Below are positions 45,362-56,756 of a stretch of DNA of 64,000 nt, piece by piece. Under the pieces are notes generated by a model, which searched no databases, was not told the origin of the DNA, and was given only the letters and a program-made list of their open reading frames with translations. The stretch comes from Opitutia bacterium. GTDB taxonomy: Bacteria > Verrucomicrobiota > Verrucomicrobiia > Opitutales > Opitutaceae. Location of the stretch: positions 160,001 to 224,000 of the forward strand of contig CANJVR010000004.1 in the NCBI GenBank assembly GCA_947478395.1, read 5' to 3'. The position numbers were made by a program, and so were the translations under genes. Each line of letters begins with the position of its first letter. Within the stretch, counting starts at the first letter, position 1.

Positions 45362-48300
45362 ATGAAAAAAAAATCTTCCCCCTCCCGCTCGTTGCTGCCG
45401 TCCACCGCGGTCGGGCTCTTGCTTTCGTTAGCGTTTTTACCGCTGCTGCCTGCGCAGACGACCGTTCCCGCCACCGGTGCGACCACCGCCACGTCCGGAT
45501 TCAAACAGCTTAAAGCCGGCGACGCCGCGCCCGACTTCACCGTCACCGGCGCCAAGGGTGAAACCATCAAGCTCTCGGACTTTCGCGGAAAGATCGTGAT
45601 CGTCGATGTGTCGGCCACGTGGTGCGGCCCCTGTCAGGCCGCGATGCCGAACAATGATCGCATTTATCAAAAATACGCCGCGCAGGGCGTCGTGCTTCTC
45701 GGCGTGACCGCCGATGACACGCGCGAAGCCTACGACGGCTGGGTGAAGCGCAACGACACGAAATACAAATTCCGCATGACGTTCGACCCCGCCGGCAAAG
45801 ACGGCTGGGAGAAATCCGTGTTCAACACAGATTATCACGTGACCGGCTTCCCGATGATGTTCGTGGTCGGCCGCGACGGCAAAATCTCCGAGACCGTTTC
45901 CGGCGGCGGACCGGGCGAGGATTACCGTCTCGAATACGCGCTGGCCCGCGCCGGCGCCAAGGTCGATCTCGCGAGCATCCCCGCCGAAGCGAAAAAAGAT
46001 CCCAACGCTCCGAAGTCGGTTCCGATGGTGGCTAAGACCCCGGCGATGCCGGCCTCCACCGCCATGATCGGCATGGGCGCGGCCGCTCCCGCCGGCGGCG
46101 GATTCACGCCGGAAAAATTCGGCAGCGTGGCGCGCGGCGCCGAAGTTGACTTCACCCTCACCGGAATCGACGGCCAGCCGGTCAAGCTCTCGTCCTTCCG
46201 TGGCAAAACGCTCCTCCTCCAGTTCGCCACCTCCAACGGCCCGCAGCCCTGGTTCAAGAAAATCGCCGATACCTACAAGGATCAAGGCGTCACGGCGCTG
46301 GCGGTCTTCTCCGCGACGGAGCGCGAGGCTTTCGATCAATGGGTCGCCGCCAACCCCAAACCCGGTTTCGCCGTCGCGTGGGATTCCGCCGGCAAGGCGT
46401 GGGCCGAAAACGTCACCAACACGATCTTCGGGGTCGGGATGTATCCCGCCACCGCCCTGATCAATGCCGAAGGTAAACTTTGGAGCGGCACGATCGGCAT
46501 GGGCGACAAGGTCATCGCGATGGTTTACTCGATGCTCGCCCGCAACGGCGTGAAGCTCACCCCCGAGCACATGAACGCGCTCGTGGCCGCCGGTGGAGCC
46601 ATCGGCGCGGCTGGCGGCGCTCCGGCGCCCACCGCTACCGCCGCGGTGACCCCTGCGGTTGCAGCCAAGTCCACGTTACTTGCGGCGGGAACCATCGCAC
46701 CTGACTTCATGATGCACGACGTGAACGACAAGGAAGTTCACCTCTCCGATTTCAAGGGCAAGGTCGTCATCCTCGACTTCTGGGCCACGTGGTGCGGCCC
46801 CTGCATTTCGTCTTTTCCGCACACGCAAAAGCTCGCCGAAAAATACGCCGGGCAGGATGTCGTCGTGCTGGCGTCCGGCACGAGCGATACGATCGAAGCG
46901 TTCAAGAAATGGATTCCGCTTAATCAGCCGAAATACCCGAACATGCGCTTCGTGTTCGATCTGAACGAGCGCGATTCGCCCACCTTCGACAAGCGCGCCT
47001 CGGCCAGTCTGTTCGGCGTGACCGGAATTCCCACCCAGTACGTGGTCGGTCGCGACGGCAAGGTCGTCGCCAGTATCGTCGGCAACGGAGGTGAAGGTGA
47101 CCTGCGCACCGAAGGCGCGCTGGCTGCCGCCGGAGTCAAGGTTGACCCCGCGATCGCGGCCAAGGCTAAGGAAGCGCTGGTCGCCGCCGCCTTGGAAGAA
47201 GATCGCCGCGTCTCCGCCTCGGCGACGGCCGCGGCCCGTCCGCCGTTCATGGAAAATTATGGCAAGCTCGTCGCCGGCGAGGCCGTGCCGGAGATGGAAG
47301 TGCAAAACGCCGCTGGTCAGAACGTCACCCTTTCTTCGCTAACCAAGGGCAAGATCACGATTCTCGCCGTCTGGAGCGCCCGGGGCGTGGCCGCCGAAGT
47401 CGTGAAGCAACTGGAACACTATGCGACGAAATATGCGGACCAAGGACTGACCGTCGTCGGTCTCGCAGCCTATGCCGGCCGCGGCGATTTCGATACGATG
47501 CTCAAGATGCAGGAAGGAAACCATACCTTCCCGTTCGTGTTCGATCCGGCCGGCGATGCGCCGAAACCGGCCAAGGCTCCGGCTGATATGACCGTCGATG
47601 AAAAAAAGGAATTTAGCACCGTCCAGCGCGAGCACTTTGCCAAGGTCGCCCCGATGAAATTCACGGGCGGCGTCATGGCCCCGGTGCCGAATTTCACCGT
47701 GATCGACGCGCAGGGCCACATGGTCGGCCTTGGCGTCGGATCAGGTCCCGGCACGGTTGAGTCGGTCGGTAATCTTCTCCTCCGGGCCGGCGTGAAGCTT
47801 GCCGCCGAGGATATGCCGAAGCGCGTCTGGACCGCCGAAGAGACGAAGCCGGCCGCACCGGTCGCCAAGGTTGAAATGTTAAAGGTCGGCGCCGCGGCGC
47901 CCGATTTTGCGGCGACGGATATCGATGGAAAGCCGGTGAAGATTTCCGATTTCCGCGGCAAGGTCGTCATCCTCGATTTCTGGGCCACGTGGTGCGGGCC
48001 GTGTATCACCTCGATGCCGCACACCAACGAAGTCGCGGCGCACTACAAGGATCAGGGCGTCGTTGTGATCGCGTCGTGTACGAGCGACACCCGCGCGATG
48101 TTTGATTCGTGGGTGAAGAAGAACCAATCGACGTTTCCTGAGATGAAGTTCTCTTTCGATCCGCAGGAACGGAAACCCGAGCGCGCCTCGGCCAAACTCT
48201 ACGGCGTCGGCGGTATCCCGCAGCAATTCATCATTGGCCGCGACGGCAAGATTGCCGCGCTCTGCACTGGCTACTTGAAGGGCGAAGTGCTCCTCGAAGC

Positions 48301-48388
48301 GGCGCTGGCGCAAGCCGGCGTCAAGGTCGCCCCCGAGATCATCGTCCAGGCGAAGCGCGATCAGGCCAATCGTGACGCGATGCGCTGA
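45362..48388 (+). CDS. Exported five-domain redoxin (three WCGPC domains alternating with two CxxC-less Trx folds)
   Basis: Signal peptide; SATWCGPC, then QFATSNGP, FWATWCGPC, VWSARG, FWATWCGPC, each in a (AP)DF...L.DF.GK...P...I...G frame. Confidence 0.9.
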   Translation: MKKKSSPSRSLLPSTAVGLLLSLAFLPLLPAQTTVPATGATTATSGFKQLKAGDAAPDFTVTGAKGETIKLSDFRGKIVIVDVSATWCGPCQAAMPNNDRIYQKYAAQGVVLLGVTADDTREAYDGWVKRNDTKYKFRMTFDPAGKDGWEKSVFNTDYHVTGFPMMFVVGRDGKISETVSGGGPGEDYRLEYALARAGAKVDLASIPAEAKKDPNAPKSVPMVAKTPAMPASTAMIGMGAAAPAGGGFTPEKFGSVARGAEVDFTLTGIDGQPVKLSSFRGKTLLLQFATSNGPQPWFKKIADTYKDQGVTALAVFSATEREAFDQWVAANPKPGFAVAWDSAGKAWAENVTNTIFGVGMYPATALINAEGKLWSGTIGMGDKVIAMVYSMLARNGVKLTPEHMNALVAAGGAIGAAGGAPAPTATAAVTPAVAAKSTLLAAGTIAPDFMMHDVNDKEVHLSDFKGKVVILDFWATWCGPCISSFPHTQKLAEKYAGQDVVVLASGTSDTIEAFKKWIPLNQPKYPNMRFVFDLNERDSPTFDKRASASLFGVTGIPTQYVVGRDGKVVASIVGNGGEGDLRTEGALAAAGVKVDPAIAAKAKEALVAAALEEDRRVSASATAAARPPFMENYGKLVAGEAVPEMEVQNAAGQNVTLSSLTKGKITILAVWSARGVAAEVVKQLEHYATKYADQGLTVVGLAAYAGRGDFDTMLKMQEGNHTFPFVFDPAGDAPKPAKAPADMTVDEKKEFSTVQREHFAKVAPMKFTGGVMAPVPNFTVIDAQGHMVGLGVGSGPGTVESVGNLLLRAGVKLAAEDMPKRVWTAEETKPAAPVAKVEMLKVGAAAPDFAATDIDGKPVKISDFRGKVVILDFWATWCGPCITSMPHTNEVAAHYKDQGVVVIASCTSDTRAMFDSWVKKNQSTFPEMKFSFDPQERKPERASAKLYGVGGIPQQFIIGRDGKIAALCTGYLKGEVLLEAALAQAGVKVAPEIIVQAKRDQANRDAMR

Positions 48389-48457
48389 GCGACGGAGAAA
48401 CCGGTCCATGGATTTCGAGGTTAAGCGCGTCCTCGGTTTGTGACACGTTCGCCCGCC

Positions 48458-50359
48458 ATGATCCGGCTGGTTGCAGGCGTGGCATTGCTTGCACTGGCCG
48501 GATGTACGGCCGTAGCGCCCACGGTACCACGGCCAGCGGCGAGAACTAACCCCGGCGCAGCCTCGGTCCGTGGTTCCCGCGACGCGTTCGTGCTCCTCTC
48601 CGGCGGCGGCACGCCGCTCTCGAATAATTACTCGCAGTTTCTGCAGGCGCGCGCCGTTGAATCGTATTTCGCGCACCGTTATCCGGCCGATTCGACGTGG
48701 GTGTTTTTCGGCGTCGGTAATCGCGCCGGCGAACTGCCGGCGCTGGCCGACACCCGGAAGCAATTGAAGCGCGACGACCGGCTCGTCGAATCATGGCTGC
48801 CGGGCTCGCTCCCGCACAATCGCCCGGCAACGCGCGAAAGCTTCCTGAAGGCCTTGCGCGACGAAATCCTGCCCGTCGTGCAGGACGGCGGCACCTTGTT
48901 TCTTTTCATCGGCGACCACGGCTCGTTGTCGCGCGGCAGCCAACCCGAGAGCGTCGTGACGATGTGGCAGTTGAAACAAAATGCCCCCGGCTCGACCGGT
49001 TGGTCCACGGACCCCAAGGAGGAACTGAGCGTCACCGATCTCCGCGCGGCACTCGCCGACGGACTGGGGCGGGGGCGCGTGGTGTTTTGCATGACGCAGT
49101 GCCATTCGGGCGGTTTTCATTATCTCGGCGTTCCCCGTGAGATCGCGCCGCCCGCGGCGTGGTTCACGGTGGCGCCAGCGGGTGCGGCGCGCGGCTCGGC
49201 GCCGTTTCCGCTCATCGCCGGATTCACGGCGACGGATGAGGAATCGCTGGCCGCCGGCTGCGAACCGGATCCCGATCCCGAAAAGTGGGCCGGCTACGAG
49301 CGCTTCGCCGCGGAGTTTTTGCTCGGCCAGGATCTTTTCACACTCGAAACGATGGGACCGGGCCTGCCGTCGTTCGCCGCGGCTCATCAGGCCGCGATTC
49401 TCGTCGATCGTACAATTGATAAACCGCGGGCAACTTCGGAGCAGTTGCTTGATCGCTGGGCGGTCGCGATCGAAAAACTTGCCGCCACTCCGCGAGGCCT
49501 CACGCCCAAGGCCGCGGCCGCGGTGCAGGCGTTTGGACGAGCGGTCGACTCCGGCCGCGTTGAGACGTCTGATCCCGACGTCCGCGCCAAGTCCGCGGAC
49601 TACGCGCGTTACACCGCCCGGCTCGCCGAGCAAAACGCCGCGGCGAAGGACTTACTGGTGGCGGGCACCCGCAAGCAGCTCGAGGACGCCATCGGTCCCG
49701 TCGCCGGCCGACCGGGCTCGCCCGGGACCGGTCGCGGCGGCGGCGCTGGGGGCAATTCGCCGCTGCGCACGGCGTGGCGCGATGTCATCCGCCCGGCGTG
49801 GAAAGCCGCCGTACTCGCCGGTGCCGTGGCGGAATTGCCCGCTGACGCCGTCGAATTTGAAAAGCGCCTGCTCACGCTCGAGGATGGCGGCCGCGATTTC
49901 ATGACCGCGACAGGCAACCCGATGCTCAACGAAACCTACTGGCGTTCCGGCTACGCATTTCCGGACAAGCTCGATCAGACCAAGGCCGATGCCGTGACGG
50001 TTTGGGCGGTGGAGCGCCGCGGCCGGATTGCGGATTGGGCCAAAGCGTCCGACGACGAAAAAGTCCGCGCTGCCGGCGTCACGCTCGCTCCGACAACGAT
50101 TCGCCGTCCGGCGGCCACCACCATGGCGCTGAATCCCGCCATCACCGCGGCCGTGTCGCCCGCCGCGGCCGCGACTCGCACCAATGTTTCGGCGCGCCCG
50201 CTCAGTCGTAAGACCGCCGCCGAGCGCGTGCTGTTCTATCGTCGCACGCTCGCGGCGTGGCAGTGTCTCGTCGCCCTGGACGATCGCGAGGCACTGGCTC
50301 AACTTAATGCCCTTATCCAAATCGAACGCACGCCTCTGCCGCCCCCCGCGGCGGGTTGA
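48458..50359 (+). CDS. Lipoprotein with clan CD (caspase/legumain-like) cysteine-peptidase motifs
   Basis: Lipobox LAGC; FVLLSGGG..NNYS, PATRE, LFLFIGDHG (His) and VVFCMTQCHSGGF (Cys). Confidence 0.7.
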   Translation: MIRLVAGVALLALAGCTAVAPTVPRPAARTNPGAASVRGSRDAFVLLSGGGTPLSNNYSQFLQARAVESYFAHRYPADSTWVFFGVGNRAGELPALADTRKQLKRDDRLVESWLPGSLPHNRPATRESFLKALRDEILPVVQDGGTLFLFIGDHGSLSRGSQPESVVTMWQLKQNAPGSTGWSTDPKEELSVTDLRAALADGLGRGRVVFCMTQCHSGGFHYLGVPREIAPPAAWFTVAPAGAARGSAPFPLIAGFTATDEESLAAGCEPDPDPEKWAGYERFAAEFLLGQDLFTLETMGPGLPSFAAAHQAAILVDRTIDKPRATSEQLLDRWAVAIEKLAATPRGLTPKAAAAVQAFGRAVDSGRVETSDPDVRAKSADYARYTARLAEQNAAAKDLLVAGTRKQLEDAIGPVAGRPGSPGTGRGGGAGGNSPLRTAWRDVIRPAWKAAVLAGAVAELPADAVEFEKRLLTLEDGGRDFMTATGNPMLNETYWRSGYAFPDKLDQTKADAVTVWAVERRGRIADWAKASDDEKVRAAGVTLAPTTIRRPAATTMALNPAITAAVSPAAAATRTNVSARPLSRKTAAERVLFYRRTLAAWQCLVALDDREALAQLNALIQIERTPLPPPAAG

Positions 50360-50381
50360 TCGCTGCGTGATAAAATTTTCC

Positions 50382-51590
50382 ATGAAGATCCATCGCCTCC
50401 TCGCCCTCGCCGCGCTGTCGGCTGCCCTGTTTGTTCTCACTTTGGTTCCGGCGCGCGCCGCCGATCAGACCACGACCGATGCGGACCTAGCCGCGTTCAA
50501 GGCGCTCGTTGCTGAAAAACCGCCCGGTCTGCCGAAGGATCTGGGCAACGAGAAATACTTCACGTGGGTCGGGGCCCAGCGGGACAAAATTTCTGCGGCT
50601 GGCTTCGGCTTCATCGAGCAACATGCCACTGACGCCCGGCGCTGGGATGTGCTCGCGACCACGCTCGCGCAGTCGCCGCTCTTCGTGAAAACCTTTGGCG
50701 CCGACGTTGAGACCAAGGGCCTTGCCGCCGCCGTCATCGACCAAGAGGCGAAGACGGCTTGGGAAAACAAGGGCGAGGCGCTCCGCAAAGAGCTCGTCGC
50801 CTCGACCGACGCGACGCTCGAGCAAAAGGAAGGTGTGGCGTGGTATTTCTTCGCGAAGGACTTTCGGGCGACGACGGCCGCGAAGAACAAGAAGGAGCCG
50901 TTCGATTACCACCCGTTCCGCGCGCGCTTTGATGCGCATGTCGCCAAGTACGGCACCTTGCCCAACATGCCCGCTCGCGCCGGCGATTATCTCGGTGCGC
51001 TCGAAGGCAACATGCCCGGCGACGGCGTAAAGGAATGGCAGTATTTGCAGCAGGGCTCGAACGACGGCCTGCGCACGGCGGCCGGTGAAGCGCTGGCGAA
51101 GATTGAACAGAAGGCGCAATTGAAGGTGAAACCGATCGAGATCGCGTTCACGGCCGTCGATGGCCGTCCGGTGGATTTAAAAAACCTCCGGGGTAAAGTG
51201 GTCCTCGTTGATTTCTGGGCGACGTGGTGCGGCCCATGCATCGCCGAACTGCCGAACGTCAAAAAAGTTTACGCCGACTATCACGCGAAGGGCTTTGAGG
51301 TCGTCGGTATCGCGCTCGAAAACGGAAATTTGCGGCCCACTGACACCGCGGCGCAGACCAGCGATAAAATGGCCAAGGCCGCCAAGGTTCTCACCGATTT
51401 CACCACGGCGGAAGGGATGCCCTGGCCGCAGTATTTCGACGGCAAATATTGGAAGAACGACATCTCGACGCGCTTTAGCATCGAAGCCATCCCGGCGATG
51501 TTCCTGATCGACCAGGAAGGCAAAGTCGTCTCGACGAATGCCCGCGGTCCGGCGCTCGAGGCCGAAGTGAAACGATTGCTCAAGCTTTGA
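50382..51590 (+). CDS. Exported TlpA-family disulfide reductase (paralog of 38617)
   Basis: Signal peptide; DFWATWCGPCIAELPNV, GMPWPQYFDGK, same C-terminus RLLKL. Confidence 0.93.
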   Translation: MKIHRLLALAALSAALFVLTLVPARAADQTTTDADLAAFKALVAEKPPGLPKDLGNEKYFTWVGAQRDKISAAGFGFIEQHATDARRWDVLATTLAQSPLFVKTFGADVETKGLAAAVIDQEAKTAWENKGEALRKELVASTDATLEQKEGVAWYFFAKDFRATTAAKNKKEPFDYHPFRARFDAHVAKYGTLPNMPARAGDYLGALEGNMPGDGVKEWQYLQQGSNDGLRTAAGEALAKIEQKAQLKVKPIEIAFTAVDGRPVDLKNLRGKVVLVDFWATWCGPCIAELPNVKKVYADYHAKGFEVVGIALENGNLRPTDTAAQTSDKMAKAAKVLTDFTTAEGMPWPQYFDGKYWKNDISTRFSIEAIPAMFLIDQEGKVVSTNARGPALEAEVKRLLKL

Positions 51591-51718
51591 TCATGGGGGG
51601 CGGCTGCGGCCGCCGCGAACCGGTCGGCGTGCCCGCCGGTCTCATGTCGCACGGAAATTATTTTCCGCCGATGGCGCTGCGCTTGCCACGAACGCGGCTC
51701 TATCCACGCTCCGCGGCG

Positions 51719-52711
51719 ATGAAGACGCGAAATTTTGGACGCACTGGCCGCACCGTCGGCGAAATTGGTCTCGGTACGTGGCAGATCGGCGCGGGATGGG
51801 GCACCGTAACGGAGGAGACCGCGATGGCCACGCTGCGCGCGGCGTGGGAAGCGGGCACGACGCTCTTCGACACGGCGGACGTCTACGGCATGGGCCGCGC
51901 TGAAAAATTGATCGGTAAATTTTTGCAGGAAACGCCCGGCGCGCGGGAAAAAATCTACATCGCGACGAAGCTCGGCCGCTTTTCTCCTCCCGGCTGGCCG
52001 GAAAATTTCACCCGCGCCGGCGTGCGACAGCACACGGAAGCTTCGCTGCAGCGGCTCGGCGTTGAGACGCTCGACCTCACGCAGTTTCATTGCATCCCCT
52101 TCGAGGTCCTGCAGCGCGGCGAGGTTTTCGAGCACGCGCGCGAATTGAAACGCGAAGGTAAGATCCGTGACTTCGGGGTGAGCGTCGAGTCGATGGAAGA
52201 GGCCGAGTTTTGCGTCCAGCAACCGGACGTCGCGGCGCTGCAGATCATCTTTAATATTTTCCGCCAGAAACCGATTCACACGCTCTTCGCCGAGGCGAAA
52301 AAGCGCAACGTCGCGCTGCTCATCCGGCTTCCGCTCGCGAGCGGATTGCTCGGGGGCAAGATGAAGGCGGGGCAGACATTTCCGGCGAATGATCACCGTA
52401 ATTTCAATCGTGACGGCCAGCAGTTCAACGTCGGCGAGACCTTCGCGGGTCTGCCCTTCGAAAAAGGCGTGGAGTTGGCCGAAACGCTGAAGGCGCACGT
52501 GCCGGAGGGTCAGACGCTGGCGGATTTCGCGCTGCGGTGGTGTCTGGATTTCGACGCGGTGAGCGTGCTCATCCCCGGGGCGAAAAATCCGGAGCAGGCG
52601 CGGGCCAACGTGCGGGCGTCATCGCTCGCACCGCTCGGTGCGGCGTTGCACGAGCGGCTGGCGGAATTTTACGCGCGCGACGTCGCGGCCCATATTCGTG
52701 GGCTGTATTGA
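51719..52711 (+). CDS. Aldo/keto reductase
   Basis: IGLGTWQIG, FDTADVYG, IATK, SLQRLG, GKIRDFGVS, PLASGLL, IPG. Confidence 0.95.
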   Translation: MKTRNFGRTGRTVGEIGLGTWQIGAGWGTVTEETAMATLRAAWEAGTTLFDTADVYGMGRAEKLIGKFLQETPGAREKIYIATKLGRFSPPGWPENFTRAGVRQHTEASLQRLGVETLDLTQFHCIPFEVLQRGEVFEHARELKREGKIRDFGVSVESMEEAEFCVQQPDVAALQIIFNIFRQKPIHTLFAEAKKRNVALLIRLPLASGLLGGKMKAGQTFPANDHRNFNRDGQQFNVGETFAGLPFEKGVELAETLKAHVPEGQTLADFALRWCLDFDAVSVLIPGAKNPEQARANVRASSLAPLGAALHERLAEFYARDVAAHIRGLY

Positions 52712-52725
52712 GCGCGTGTAAACGG

Positions 52726-52814
52726 GCAGGGCGCGTTATCCCTAACGCGCCGGTTGAGCGTCGCTTTCTCGGTGAGCGGAGTCGCAGCGGCGGGTTAGGG
52801 ATAACCCGCCCTAC
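52726..52814. repeat. REP family B doublet (copy 3)
   Basis: GCAGGGCGCGTTATCCCTAACGCGCCG...CGGCGGGTTAGGGATAACCCGCCCTAC. Confidence 0.88.
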
Positions 52815-52896
52815 CTTCAGACCAAGATTTCGGGCGCGCTCCTAAAATCCTCGCGTCGCCTCTTGGCCTTTTTACCGGGATGCGCATGGTGCAATC

Positions 52897-53508
52897 ATGG
52901 AACTCGATTTCTCCGCCCTGTCGGCGCGCGATGCCTACGCATGGATGACCACCACCATTTTGCCCCGCCCCATCGCGTGGGTTTCGACGATCGCCGCCGA
53001 CGGAAAAGCGAATCTGGCGCCGTTCTCGTTCTTTCAGGGCATCACCGCCAATCCGCCAACGTTGATGTTTGTCCCGGTTAATACGCGGGACGGTTTGCCG
53101 AAGGACACGCTGCGCAACATCGAGGCGACAAAGGAATTTGTCGTGAACGTCGTGCCCTTCGCGCTGGCGGAAAAAATGAATGCGACGGCGGCGCTGCTGC
53201 CCTATGGCGAGAGCGAGTTTGCGGCGTTTGGCATCGCAGCGGAACCGAGCTCACGGGTGCGTCCGGCGCGGGTCGCGGGATCGCCGGTGGCATACGAGTG
53301 CGCGCTGCATTCGATCGTTCGCATCGGCGAGGGCCCGCTGGCGGCCAACGTGGTTTTTGGCCGCATCCTGTACGCTCACGTCAGCGACACGGTGCTCGGC
53401 GCGGATGGTTTTCCCGACGCAGGGAAACTCGATTTGGTGGGCCGGCTGGGGCGGGAAGATTACGCGCGTACGACAGACCAGTTCGGTTTGAAGCGGCCGG
53501 ATCGCTAA
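52897..53508 (+). CDS. Flavin reductase family protein (DIM6/NTAB-like)
   Basis: PRPIAWVST, NLAPFSFF, KDTLRNI, EFVVN, VGRLG. Confidence 0.92.
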   Translation: MELDFSALSARDAYAWMTTTILPRPIAWVSTIAADGKANLAPFSFFQGITANPPTLMFVPVNTRDGLPKDTLRNIEATKEFVVNVVPFALAEKMNATAALLPYGESEFAAFGIAAEPSSRVRPARVAGSPVAYECALHSIVRIGEGPLAANVVFGRILYAHVSDTVLGADGFPDAGKLDLVGRLGREDYARTTDQFGLKRPDR

Positions 53509-53528
53509 AGCCGCGCAAAAAAATGTGA

Positions 53529-53598
53529 GTAGCGGCAGGCGTCCCTGCCTGCCGAAACGCGGACGCCGAATCCGGCAGGCAGGGACGCCTGCCGCTAC
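53529..53598. repeat. REP family A palindrome (copy 4)
   Basis: GTAGCGGCAGGCGTCCCTGCCTGCCG...CGGCAGGCAGGGACGCCTGCCGCTAC between convergent genes. Confidence 0.9.
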
Positions 53599-53700
53599 TC
53601 AAAACGCCCGCGGGAAAAATAAGCCGCTCAAGTGCGGGGTGAGGGCACCCGGCCCCTAGTTCGGATTCGTTGGCTGATCCCGAGCGCCGCGCCCCGCTGC

Positions 53701-55566
<1,866 letters not shown>

Positions 55567-55746
55567 GAGAACCGGCAAATAAACCCTAGCTCGGCCGGTC
55601 GCGTCAATCGCGGGTTAAAAAATCCGAAACGGCCTTTAAACGCGCAGATGCAACGCCGCGAAGGCAGCCGGAAAGGGTTGTTGCGGGTCGATTCGCCCAG
55701 ACTTCGCGTTTTGGCGCTTAATCCGTCGAAATTGCTCGATTGGATT

Positions 55747-56646
55747 CTAGCGCGCGAGCGTGAGAGCGACTCCCGCAGCGACGGCGATGAGACCGCCGAC
55801 CAAGGAGCGCCGCGTGGGGCGTTCGCCGTCAAACCAGTAGCTGAGCGGTACGATGACGAGAGGCGTACAGGCGACGATGGGGAGCACGATGCCGCTGGGC
55901 GTGGTGGCAAGCGCCCGTTGGTAGCAACTCACCCCAACGACAGCGCCGCAGAGGGCATTGATTGGAATCCAAAGATAACTGCGCGTCGTCGGCGTCGGTG
56001 TCACCGGGGTGGCGGCCGTTTTCTTTTCGAGAAACGCCCGCACCGCAAACCACGCGAGGGAAATTGCGAGTCCGCCGAGAATGCGTTGGTACGCGGCCGT
56101 GATCCCATCGACGGGTTCGCCGGCGAGTGCGGCCAGGGCGTTGGCTTTGCGGCTCACGACGGCGCCGAGGCCCTGGCCGCAGGCGGAGAACAGGCCGAAG
56201 AGGAAACCGATCGGTTGCACGCGGACTTTCGGCGGATCGGCGCGTGAGGGCAACAGGGCGACGGCGACGCCGCCGAGAATCACAAAGCTCCAGAGCAGCT
56301 GCGCGGGGCCGAGCTGCGTGCCGAGCCAGAGGCGCTCCGCGATCATCGCAATCGGCGCGGCGAGACACTGTGTCATCAGCACCGAAAGGCGCGACCCGAG
56401 CAACGGGAGCGCCATGAACAAGGCCAGATCGCCGAGGCCCATGCCGATCACGCCGCTAAGCAGAAGCCAATCGCGGCCCGCACCGTGGAGTCCGCCACCG
56501 AAAAGATGGGCGTACGCGCCCAGGCAGAGGGCCGCGAAAAGCAGCCGGCCGAGATTCGCGCGCGTCGCTCCCACCGCCCGGATGCTCCGGTTGGCAAAAA
56601 TGGCCGAGAGGGCGAAAAATATCGTGGTGAAAAAGGCGGCGACCAT
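55747..56646 (-). CDS. DMT/EamA family transporter
   Basis: About 10 hydrophobic segments; LSGVIGMGLGDLALF. Confidence 0.88.
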   Translation of the reverse strand: MVAAFFTTIFFALSAIFANRSIRAVGATRANLGRLLFAALCLGAYAHLFGGGLHGAGRDWLLLSGVIGMGLGDLALFMALPLLGSRLSVLMTQCLAAPIAMIAERLWLGTQLGPAQLLWSFVILGGVAVALLPSRADPPKVRVQPIGFLFGLFSACGQGLGAVVSRKANALAALAGEPVDGITAAYQRILGGLAISLAWFAVRAFLEKKTAATPVTPTPTTRSYLWIPINALCGAVVGVSCYQRALATTPSGIVLPIVACTPLVIVPLSYWFDGERPTRRSLVGGLIAVAAGVALTLAR

Positions 56647-56756
56647 GCGCGTGAAAAGTAATGGGTGGCGTGACGGGAGCGTAACCCTTCCGTCGACGCG
56701 AAGATTTTTTCGTGGCGTTGCGTTTCAACGCCGCCCTATTTCTCGCGGCACAATTT

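Noticed and set aside
30586..51240. Repeated GATTT[C/T]TGGGC...TGGTGCGG DNA words as a repeat element or DGR template
   Set aside because: Explained by the conserved DFWATWCGPC coding motif; no reverse transcriptase or adenine-specific variation.
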